NCBI GenBank assembly: GCA_037189525.1 | Contig: JBBCJC010000002.1 | Span: forward strand, 32,001-96,000 | Origin: Gemmatimonadales bacterium | GTDB taxonomy: Bacteria; Gemmatimonadota; Gemmatimonadetes; Gemmatimonadales; GWC2-71-9 | Direction of reading: 5' to 3' | Length of the DNA: 64,000 nucleotides | Shown here: one piece after another, positions 56,394 through 64,000 of the stretch | Layout of the letters: each line of letters begins with the position of its first letter | Numbering within the stretch: the stretch's first letter is position 1 | The notes under the pieces: generated by a model | What the model saw: the letters and a program-made list of their open reading frames with translations, nothing else | Told to the model about the DNA's origin: nothing | Databases searched by the model: none | Translations under genes and position numbers: made by a program

Positions 56394-57149
56394 GTGAGAC
56401 CCACCTCGCTGATCGGCGCCGTCGCGACCGATCGCGGCCTCATCCGGCCCACCAACCAGGACGTCATCGCCTTGGTCTGCCCGTCGGACCCGGCCGACCG
56501 GGAGCGCAACGGCGTCCTCCTCGTCGTCACCGACGGGATGGGCGGGCCCGCGGGAGGAGAGATCGCCAGTCGGATCGCGGTCGAGACAGTGACCGGCAGC
56601 TATGCATCCGACAACCACGACCCCGGCGCGGCCCTGGTCCGGGCGGTACACGCCGCCAACGCCGCGATCTACCGCGAGGGCATCCGGAACCCCCACTACC
56701 TCGGCATGGGAACGACCTGCACCGCGGTTCTGATCCGGCAGGGCTACGCGCACTGCGCCCATATTGGGGACAGCCGGCTCTATCTGATCCGGGACGGTAT
56801 CGCCCTGCAGATGACCGACGACCACAACGCCGTGTTCGATCAGGTCAAACGGGGAACCCTCGATCGCGAGACCGCCCGGCACCACCCCGACCGGCACCTC
56901 CTGGTGCGGGCCCTGGGCACCCGAGCCACCACCCGAATCGATGCCTGGCCCCAACCCCTTTTCGTCCGATTCGACGACCGCTTCGTCGTGTCGTCGGACG
57001 GGCTCCACGACCTCGTCTCGGACGACGACCTGACCGCGACCGTTCTGAACGCCCAGCCCGATGCGGCCTGCCAGCGCCTGGTCGAGCTGGCTCTGGCTCG
57101 CGGCGGCCCCGACAACATCTCGGTCGGCGTGATCCACATCAATCGCTAG
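56394..57149 (+). CDS. PP2C/PPM-family Ser/Thr phosphatase (Stp1/PrpC-like)
   Basis: 'RPTNQD', 'DGMGG', 'MGTT', 'HIGDSRLY', 'SDGLHD', 'GGPDNIS'. Start GTG 56394 or TTG 56352. Confidence 0.9.
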   Translation: MRPTSLIGAVATDRGLIRPTNQDVIALVCPSDPADRERNGVLLVVTDGMGGPAGGEIASRIAVETVTGSYASDNHDPGAALVRAVHAANAAIYREGIRNPHYLGMGTTCTAVLIRQGYAHCAHIGDSRLYLIRDGIALQMTDDHNAVFDQVKRGTLDRETARHHPDRHLLVRALGTRATTRIDAWPQPLFVRFDDRFVVSSDGLHDLVSDDDLTATVLNAQPDAACQRLVELALARGGPDNISVGVIHINR

Positions 57150-57162
57150 CTTGAACGACAAA

Positions 57163-57192
57163 AGGCGGACTGACCGTCCGGTCAGTCCGCCT
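57163..57192 (-). terminator. Intrinsic terminator between convergent genes
   Basis: 13-bp stem AGGCGGACTGACC / GGTCAGTCCGCCT; A-tract on + side gives a U-tract on the minus strand. Confidence 0.7.
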
Positions 57193-57237
57193 CTCATACG
57201 CTTACCAATAAATAACTTACAGGATAACCATCAGTGT

Positions 57238-58911
57238 CTACTTCGATATTTCATACACGATCTCACCTGCGATGATCGTCATGAGATTGCGAGTGCCAAG
57301 AATCTCCTGTTCGGGAACGACCATGATGTCGCGATCGAGAATCGTCAGGTCGGCCCATTTCCCCGGAGTGATCGACCCGCGCTTGTCCTCCTCGAAGGCG
57401 GCATAGGCCGCATAGGTCGTGAACATTTTGAGCGCCTCTTCCCGGCTGACCTTCTGCTCCGGATGCCAGACCGAATCGGGACCCGCGTTGCCACGCACAT
57501 CCCGCCGGACGACCGCCGCATAGAACTCGATCATCGGCTCGCCCCGTTCGACCGGAGCGTCCGACCCGCCGGCCACCGGAAGGCCGAGTTCGAGGAACGT
57601 CTTCCAGGCGTAAGCGCCGGTCAGGCGCCCACTGCCCAGCCGCGCCGGAACGAAGTAGAGGTCCCCGATGGCATGCGAAGGCTGCATCGAGGGAATCACA
57701 CCCAACTCTTTGAAACGCGGGATATCGGCCGGGTCGACGATCTGCGCATGCTCGATCCGGAACCGGGGGTCCGCCACCTTGCGGTCGGCCGCGGGCACCG
57801 CAGCGAGGGCGTTGGCGTAGGCGTTCAGAACGAGGCGGTTGCCGCCGTCGCCGATTGCGTGGGTCTCGACCTGAACCCCCTGTCGCAAGGCCCGATCCAG
57901 CATGGTGCGGAAGGCGGCCGTGTCGGTGGTCAACAGCCCGCGTGTGGCGCGATCGTCGGTGTAGGGATCGAGCAGCAGCGCGCCCCTGGAGCCGAGCGCG
58001 CCGTCGACCGCCACTTTGATGGTGCGGACCGTGAGACGCCCCCCGAACTCGTCGATGCTCGCTCCCTTCTCCAGCAACGAATCCGCGTCCCGCCCGGGGC
58101 CTCGAATGGCGACATAGTTGCGCAGCTTGACCTGTCCGGCACCGTAGAGCGCCCGCATCCGCCCCAGCTCGGCCCACGAGACGCCGGCATCCTGCACCTG
58201 GGTCCAACCCAGTTCGACACTCCGCCGGGCGCCGATCGTGATGGCGGAGTCGAGGGCGGACGGATCCTCCGCGGGAACGACCCGGTAGACGAGCCGCTGC
58301 GCAGCGTCGATCAGCATGCCGGTCGGCTCACCGCGCGCATCCTTGTTGATGGCCCCTCCCGTCGGCGCAGCGGTGCTGCGCGTCACGCCCGCCAGCTCGA
58401 GCGCTTTGCTGTTGGCGACGGCTGCATGCCCATCGGCCCGGCTCAGAATCACGGGGTGATTGGGGGCGACGGCGTCGAGATCCTGCCGGCTGGGGAATAC
58501 GGCCGGCTTCCAGAACGTCTCGATCCAACCGCGCCCGGTCACCCATTCTCCCGCGGGCGTCCGGTTGACCCGCTCTTTGACCTTGGCCAGGAACGCTTCC
58601 TTGGTATCGGTCCCCTCGAGGTTGAGGGTCATCTCGCGCTCGCCGACACCGCTCAGGTGATAGTGCGCGTCGGCCCACCCCGGAAATACCGCGGCGCCTC
58701 CGAGATCGACGACCCGCGTCGCCGAACCCTGATGCGCCCGGATTTCATCGGCCGTGCCTACCGCCAGGATCCGGTCACCCTTGATGGCTACCGCCTCGGC
58801 TCGAGGCGTCGTGGCGTCCAGCGTGTAGATCACGCCGTTGGTGAGCACGAGATCGGCCGGCTCAGCGGTCCGACAACCGGCCAGAACGGCCAGGAGCAGC
58901 AAGCGACGCAT
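57238..58911 (-). CDS. Amidohydrolase (YtcJ / amidohydro_3 type), lipoprotein
   Basis: Lipobox 'LAGC', 'DAHYH', 'DGHAAVANS', 'DGALGSRGA', 'HAIGD', 'RIEHAQ', 'GGSDAP'. Confidence 0.88.
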   Translation of the reverse strand: MRRLLLLAVLAGCRTAEPADLVLTNGVIYTLDATTPRAEAVAIKGDRILAVGTADEIRAHQGSATRVVDLGGAAVFPGWADAHYHLSGVGEREMTLNLEGTDTKEAFLAKVKERVNRTPAGEWVTGRGWIETFWKPAVFPSRQDLDAVAPNHPVILSRADGHAAVANSKALELAGVTRSTAAPTGGAINKDARGEPTGMLIDAAQRLVYRVVPAEDPSALDSAITIGARRSVELGWTQVQDAGVSWAELGRMRALYGAGQVKLRNYVAIRGPGRDADSLLEKGASIDEFGGRLTVRTIKVAVDGALGSRGALLLDPYTDDRATRGLLTTDTAAFRTMLDRALRQGVQVETHAIGDGGNRLVLNAYANALAAVPAADRKVADPRFRIEHAQIVDPADIPRFKELGVIPSMQPSHAIGDLYFVPARLGSGRLTGAYAWKTFLELGLPVAGGSDAPVERGEPMIEFYAAVVRRDVRGNAGPDSVWHPEQKVSREEALKMFTTYAAYAAFEEDKRGSITPGKWADLTILDRDIMVVPEQEILGTRNLMTIIAGEIVYEISK

Positions 58912-59026
58912 GTGCGAAATCCGGGCAGAAGGAGGAGTACGGCGAAGTATGTGACGAAAATCTGACCGGCAGGGGTGGACCGCAAGGTCTCTGTTCTTAC
59001 GGCGGCCGAGGCGATACGATTGAAGG

Positions 59027-60565
59027 ATGCGGCAAGGTTCAACCGTCCGGCAAGCGTGGTGGCTCGGCGTCTTTGTCTTGGTGGGCTGTGGCGGCGATCG
59101 CGTCATGGCGCCGCCGCCGGACGAGTTGTTCAGCGAGACCACCGTCGAAGCGCCGCCGCCGTTGCCGGCCACCATCGTCAACGTGCCCCTGCTGGTCGAC
59201 CTCGAAACGGCAATCGACCTGCTCGAAGAGGCGCTGCCCACCCGGTTCGGCAACATCGACCGCAAGCAGCGGATCCCCGGCAACCGACGGGCCCACTTTG
59301 CCTTCGCGGTGCGGCGAGATCCGTTCCGGGTCAGCGTCAGCGGCGACACCTTCCATATCGCCACCACGATTCACTACCAGGGCCGAGGCTGGTACAAGCC
59401 GCCGATTGCTCCGGAGGTCAGCGGATCGTGCGGGATCGAGGGACAGCGCCCCCGCGCCCGTCTCACCATTTCGCTCCGGCCGGAAATCGATCGCGAGTGG
59501 AAGCTCAATGCGCGGCCCCGCCTCAGCTATCTCGGCCCCGCCACGCGCACCGAGCGGGATCAGTGCGAGGTCACCTTCCTCAAACTCGACGTGACGGGAC
59601 GCGTCCTCGATGCCGCCCGAAGCGCGGTTCGTGCCCAGCTGCCCAAGGTCTCGGCCAAGCTGGCCACGCTCGACGTGCGCAGCGAGATCGAAAAAGTCTG
59701 GAACGAGATCCAGGAGCCGATCCGACTGACCGACAGCGTCTGGCTGCTGCTGCAACCCGATGCCGTCCGGCTGGGCCAGCTCACGGGCACCCAGCGCATT
59801 CTGGGCGGCACCATCGGGATCAGCGCGCATCCCAAAATCGAAACGGGCCCCAAACCGCCGGTCGCGCTCAAGCCGCTCCCCACACTGGGCGAGGCCGACT
59901 CGAGTACCGGGCTCAACCTGCTGGTGCAGGCCCGCTTCGACTACTCCCTGATCGGCAAGTCACTGACCGAGGAACTGGCGGGCACCAAAATCGACACTCC
60001 GGGCGGCACGGTTCAGCTCCAGGAACTTGCGGCGTTCGGCATCGGGAGCGGACGCCTGGCCCTCGGGGTCCGATTCGGTGGCACTACCTCAGGGCTGATC
60101 TATTTCGTGGGGACTCCGAAGTATGACCCTGGCACTGGACGCGTCTCGGTCCCGGACCTGGACTACGATGCTTCGACCACGCCGCTCCTGGTCAAGGGAC
60201 TCGCCTGGCTCAAAGCCGACCAGATCCGCGACTACCTCCGGAGCAAAGCCACCTTCCCATCGGCCGACGCCATGCAGCGACTGTCCGATCTGGCCGAGCA
60301 GGGGATGAACCGGGAGCTGACGCAGGGCATTTTCCTCAACGCCACGCTCGCGTCGACCGAGGTGATCCGGATCCTGCCTCGGCGCGACGCATTGTATCTT
60401 CAGGGCCACGCAACCGGCCAGGCGGCGCTCCATATCACGGACCAGTTCTTCGCCAAGTTCGATGAGCGGGCCGACTCCGCAGCAAGCCAGGACTCGAGCG
60501 CCAAACCGTCACCGCCGGCCACGACCGGCGCCATGCCTTCAACCGTCGCACCCAGAACCCCATGA
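59027..60565 (+). CDS. DUF4403-like lipoprotein
   Basis: Lipobox 'LVGC'; elongated beta-rich fold with 'WNEIQEPI...VWLLLQP', 'IYFVGTPKYD', 'DLDYD'. Family recognised by eye. Confidence 0.65.
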   Translation: MRQGSTVRQAWWLGVFVLVGCGGDRVMAPPPDELFSETTVEAPPPLPATIVNVPLLVDLETAIDLLEEALPTRFGNIDRKQRIPGNRRAHFAFAVRRDPFRVSVSGDTFHIATTIHYQGRGWYKPPIAPEVSGSCGIEGQRPRARLTISLRPEIDREWKLNARPRLSYLGPATRTERDQCEVTFLKLDVTGRVLDAARSAVRAQLPKVSAKLATLDVRSEIEKVWNEIQEPIRLTDSVWLLLQPDAVRLGQLTGTQRILGGTIGISAHPKIETGPKPPVALKPLPTLGEADSSTGLNLLVQARFDYSLIGKSLTEELAGTKIDTPGGTVQLQELAAFGIGSGRLALGVRFGGTTSGLIYFVGTPKYDPGTGRVSVPDLDYDASTTPLLVKGLAWLKADQIRDYLRSKATFPSADAMQRLSDLAEQGMNRELTQGIFLNATLASTEVIRILPRRDALYLQGHATGQAALHITDQFFAKFDERADSAASQDSSAKPSPPATTGAMPSTVAPRTP

Positions 60566-61029
60566 CCGAGATCGTCCGCCGTTTCATGCTCCCGAGCGTG
60601 CTGGCCCTGGCGGCCGCGCCGCTCTCCGCCCAAACCGACGATGCGCGGGCCGCGGTCGTCGTCGTGGAAAAGATGTTCGACGCCCTGGCTCGCGGGGACA
60701 CTGCGGGGATGCGCGCGACCTTCGTTCCGGAAGGGCGGATCGTCCAAACCGGCACGCGCGAAGGCAAGCCCTTCTATCGGGTCAACAGCATCGACGACTT
60801 CCTCCGGTCGATCGGATCGGCCGCCGGACGGAAGCTCGAGGAAAAGATCTTCGAAGTGGAATCGCGGGTCGAGGACAATCTCGCCGTGGTCTGGTCACGC
60901 TACGACTTTTTCGTCGACGGCACCAAATCCCACTGCGGCGTCGACAGCTATCAGTTGGTCCGGGTCGGCGCCGAGTGGAAGCTGCTCCACATCGTGGACA
61001 CACAGCAGCGTCCCTGTCCCACGCCCTGA
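60562..61029 (+). CDS. Secreted NTF2/SnoaL-like protein
   Basis: ATGA overlap with the upstream gene; signal peptide; 'LAVVWSRYDFFVDG..SHCGVDSYQL...WKLLHI'. Confidence 0.75.
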   Translation: MTEIVRRFMLPSVLALAAAPLSAQTDDARAAVVVVEKMFDALARGDTAGMRATFVPEGRIVQTGTREGKPFYRVNSIDDFLRSIGSAAGRKLEEKIFEVESRVEDNLAVVWSRYDFFVDGTKSHCGVDSYQLVRVGAEWKLLHIVDTQQRPCPTP

Positions 61030-61033
61030 CCGG

Positions 61034-61609
61034 TCAGAAGGTTCGACTGACGATCGTGACCGGTGAGGGATAGCTCATCGGTCCGATCGGGGTATCGATC
61101 GTCGGAACGGCGCGCAGGCTGACCTTGGCGGGGTCGGCCTGCTGCCCGGCAACCGATAGCGCGATATTGGCCAGCGACTGGGCCGAGCCGTCGAAGAATT
61201 TGAGCAGATCGAGCCGCATCGTCATCGGGATCACCCCCGGGCTGCCGGGGGCCAGGACGATAGTGGTGTCGAGCACGCCGGAGATCGTCTCGCGATCATC
61301 GAGGTGCAGGGACCACGCCAGCCGGATCATCCGGGCGGACACCGTGTTCTCGGCCGGGTTCAAGGCGCGCACGTTGACGAGGAACTCGAACGGCAACTCC
61401 CGCCGACCAAGCGCCAGCGCAATCCGGCCGGCATCGACCGCCGTCAGACTCGAGTAGTCTCGAATCCGCCCCAGGTCGACCCCCGCGAGGCGGCCGTTCT
61501 GGACGTTCGCAATGGAGAAATCCACGTTGCGAAGCGCTGCCAGCTGCTGCAGTGCCGCACACCCGGCCACGCCGATGAGCAGGCCGACGACGACGATGAT
61601 CCGCTTCAT
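61034..61609 (-). CDS. LEA type 2 / WHy-like lipoprotein
   Basis: Lipobox 'VAGC', GGAG RBS; 'VRALNP..N..ARM..LAWSLHLD..ETISG', 'DTPIG'. Confidence 0.65.
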   Translation of the reverse strand: MKRIIVVVGLLIGVAGCAALQQLAALRNVDFSIANVQNGRLAGVDLGRIRDYSSLTAVDAGRIALALGRRELPFEFLVNVRALNPAENTVSARMIRLAWSLHLDDRETISGVLDTTIVLAPGSPGVIPMTMRLDLLKFFDGSAQSLANIALSVAGQQADPAKVSLRAVPTIDTPIGPMSYPSPVTIVSRTF

Positions 61610-61738
61610 GCCTGCGCTCCGAGTCAGGGCTACCCACAAGATACACTCGCCCGGCATCGGTTCGGCCTGGCGCTGCGAGACCGGCCGGACTTCGTTAGGA
61701 TTCACCCTCTCCGACCTCCCAACACCGATGCGACTCAC

Positions 61739-62851
61739 GTGATTCAAGGCATTCTCGATCTCGCCGGCCGCAATGGCGGCTTTCTCCGTCGCAAGGAGGA
61801 CGGCTACCAGCCGACCAACCGCGACGTTTCCGTTTCCCATCAGATGATCCGCCGATTCGACCTTCGCCCGGGCGACGAGATCGCGGGCGAAGCGAGCAGC
61901 GGCGGGCGCCCGACACTGACCTCGGTCAGCACGGTCAATGGCCGGCCGGCCGAGGAAGCGGCGCAGCGTCCGCAATGGGATCGACTCACGGCCGTTCATC
62001 CCAATCAACTGTTGCGACTCGAGTGTCCGCTCCTGCGGCGCGGGCAACCCGACATGACCACCCGGGTCATCGACCTGCTGTCGCCGCTGGGGCTCGGCCA
62101 GCGCGCCCTGATCGTGGCGCCGGCCAAAGCCGGCAAGACGATGGTCCTGCAGGCCATCGCCCAGGGCGTCTCCGTCAATCATCCCTCCGCGACGCTGTTC
62201 ATCCTCCTGGTGGACGAACGCCCCGAAGAGGTGTTCGAGATGGAGAGCACGGGTTACGGCGAAGTCATCGCCTCGACCTTCGACCATCCGCCGGCCCGGC
62301 ATGTCGCCTGCGCCGAATTGATTCTGGAGCGGGCCCGCCGCCGGGTGGAGTTCGGCGAGGACGTGGTGCTGATCGTCGACTCCCTGACCCGCTTGGCGCG
62401 CGCCTACAACTCGGTCGTCAAAGGCAGCGGCCGCACCCTTTCAGGCGGCATGGGCGCCGAGTCGCTCGAGCGGCCGAAGCGCTTCCTGGGCAGCGCGCGT
62501 AACGTCGATCCGCGTCGTGGCGGCGGATCACTGACCATCATTGCGACGGCGTTGATCGATACGGGCAGCCGGATGGACCAGCTGATTTTCGAGGAGTTCA
62601 AGGGCACCGGCAACAGCGAACTGGTCCTGAACCGCGACCTGGCCGACCGTCGCGTCTATCCAGCCATCGATGTCATCGCGAGCGGGACCCGGCGGGAAGA
62701 ACTGCTGCTGAGCGAAGACGGCCTGGCCGCCTCCAAAGCGTTGCGGCGGCAACTGGACGGGATGAGTCCGATTGCCGCCGCTGAAACGACGTTAAGCCTG
62801 ATGCGTCGCTATCCCGATAACGCGTCGCTCATCGCGAGTTTGGTGCGCTGA
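61739..62851 (+). CDS. rho: Transcription termination factor Rho, short form lacking the N-terminal helical domain
   Basis: OB fold 'GFLR...IRRFDLRPGD', P-loop 'APAKAGKT', 'DERPEEV', 'DSLTRLARAYN', 'EEFKGTGNSEL', 'SGTRREELL'. Start GTG 61739. Confidence 0.9.
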   Translation: MIQGILDLAGRNGGFLRRKEDGYQPTNRDVSVSHQMIRRFDLRPGDEIAGEASSGGRPTLTSVSTVNGRPAEEAAQRPQWDRLTAVHPNQLLRLECPLLRRGQPDMTTRVIDLLSPLGLGQRALIVAPAKAGKTMVLQAIAQGVSVNHPSATLFILLVDERPEEVFEMESTGYGEVIASTFDHPPARHVACAELILERARRRVEFGEDVVLIVDSLTRLARAYNSVVKGSGRTLSGGMGAESLERPKRFLGSARNVDPRRGGGSLTIIATALIDTGSRMDQLIFEEFKGTGNSELVLNRDLADRRVYPAIDVIASGTRREELLLSEDGLAASKALRRQLDGMSPIAAAETTLSLMRRYPDNASLIASLVR

Positions 62852-64000
62852 CCACCCCGCCCGCCGCCGGCTCCTCGAGCGTTTCGAGGAGCTGGCGCCA
62901 GGTGAACCAGTCCTTGCCGCGAATCCACTTCTCGAACCACTGAAACTCCGACACCGCCTTGACCAGCTGATTGCGCGGCGCGGTAATGCCGTGGGTGTCG
63001 CCCGGGTAGACGAAATACTCGACCGGCACGCCCAGCTGGCGGAGCGCCATGTGCAGCTCGTCCGACTGGGCCCGCGGTACCCGCGGATCGCCGTCGACGA
63101 CGTGAATCATCGTCGGCGTCTTGGCATTCTTGATGTACCGGAGCGGTGAGACGACCCAATACGCGTCGAAGTTGTCATAGGGCAGATCGCCACCCATGTA
63201 CCACTGGCGGTTACGCTGGACATCGCTCTGAGCATACATCGAGATCCAGTTCATGGTACCGGCGCCGCTGGAGATGGCCTTGAACCGGTTGGTCTGCGTC
63301 ATGATCCAGTTGGAGTAGTGCCCGCCGGCGCTCCACCCCATCGCGCCCAGGCTGTCCGGATGCGCCACGCCCTGGGCAATCAGATAGTCGACCCCGGCCA
63401 TAATGTCTTCATAGCCCCGACGGAAATAGCGACCGACGCCGGCCGTTTCCATACGATGCCGTTCGCCGTAATTGGTCGAGCCCCGGTAGTTGGGCAGCAG
63501 CACGGCATACCCGGCGCCGGCATAGACCTGCGAGCCGTACCCCGTGTTGAACCGGAGCAGGTCGGCTCCCGCCGGACCGCCGTGAATCTGCACCACGAGC
63601 GGGTAGCGGCGCCCTTCCTGGTAGCCCACCGGCTTGACGAGAACGCCACCGACCATCTTCCCGTCGCGTGACTTCCAGGTAATCTCTTCGGAGCTGCCGA
63701 GCGCCAGCGCTTCGAGATGGGGGTTCACGTCGGTGAGACGAACCCAGGCGTTGCGATTCCCCAGGTCCGCAATGGTCCGCGCCAGGTAAATGGAGGGTGC
63801 GGTCACCGGATCGGAGTAGTTGACGAGGAGCAGGCCGGAGGCGTCGTCGCGGGTGGCCATCGCCGTCGCCTGCCCCGTGGTGACCTGGGAGACGCGGCCC
63901 GACTCCACATCGACGGCAAAGGTGTGCATCGTGGCCTTGGCGCCGGTCGTGAAGTAGATCGACCGCCCGTCCGGTGCCCACCACCCCGCCGACACCGGGC
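62829..64000 (-). CDS. S9 family peptidase (5' end runs off window)
   Basis: 'IHGGP', 'PNYRGST', 'GWSAGG', 'DPRVP', 'DTHG'. Confidence 0.88.
   Translation of the reverse strand, partial: PVSAGWWAPDGRSIYFTTGAKATMHTFAVDVESGRVSQVTTGQATAMATRDDASGLLLVNYSDPVTAPSIYLARTIADLGNRNAWVRLTDVNPHLEALALGSSEEITWKSRDGKMVGGVLVKPVGYQEGRRYPLVVQIHGGPAGADLLRFNTGYGSQVYAGAGYAVLLPNYRGSTNYGERHRMETAGVGRYFRRGYEDIMAGVDYLIAQGVAHPDSLGAMGWSAGGHYSNWIMTQTNRFKAISSGAGTMNWISMYAQSDVQRNRQWYMGGDLPYDNFDAYWVVSPLRYIKNAKTPTMIHVVDGDPRVPRAQSDELHMALRQLGVPVEYFVYPGDTHGITAPRNQLVKAVSEFQWFEKWIRGKDWFTWRQLLETLEEPAAGGVVSAPNSR

Noticed and set aside
61304..61738. N-terminal extension of Rho given by the ORF track
   Set aside because: It overlaps the opposite-strand lipoprotein gene up to 61609 and has no similarity to the Rho N-terminal domain.
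1..64000. CRISPR array, integron cassette array, prophage, transposon, defence system or natural-product cluster
   Set aside because: I saw no regularly spaced repeats, attC series, integrase/transposase, phage structural genes, nuclease/NTPase defence pairs or NRPS/PKS/RiPP core genes. Inspection was by eye, so weak signals could be missed.

Overview
GC-rich bacterial chromosomal segment with about 52 CDS, densely coding on both strands. I found no tRNA, rRNA, CRISPR array, transposase or integrase. The gene families present (many secreted S9/alpha-beta/amidohydrolases, a 6-bladed propeller lipoprotein, a carboxypeptidase-regulatory plus plug-like protein, a small PspB-like coiled-coil protein) suggest Gemmatimonadota; this is inference only. 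Most content is amine/amino-acid/peptide scavenging: polyamine ABC transporter, class III and V aminotransferases, (methyl)malonate-semialdehyde dehydrogenase, creatininase, amidinotransferase, and a Rieske oxygenase with an APC permease. There is also DNA repair (Ogt, family-5 UDG), a GldA/GldF-G/DUF4340 ABC system and an orphan crtB. Four observations stand out. (1) A four-gene phospho-switch at 52843-57149: ECF43/TIGR02999-type sigma factor, membrane Ser/Thr kinase with TPRs, stand-alone FHA protein and PP2C phosphatase. (2) A short Rho at 61739-62851 with an intact motor but no N-terminal helical domain and one of two primary RNA-binding pockets apparently lost. (3) A 61-aa very basic CxxC microprotein at 45167-45352. 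(4) Mutually exclusive hairpin (A-B-A) leaders upstream of the deoxyhypusine-synthase-like gene and the ECF sigma gene. All family calls are by eye from motifs; no database search was run, and several start codons were re-chosen by judgement.
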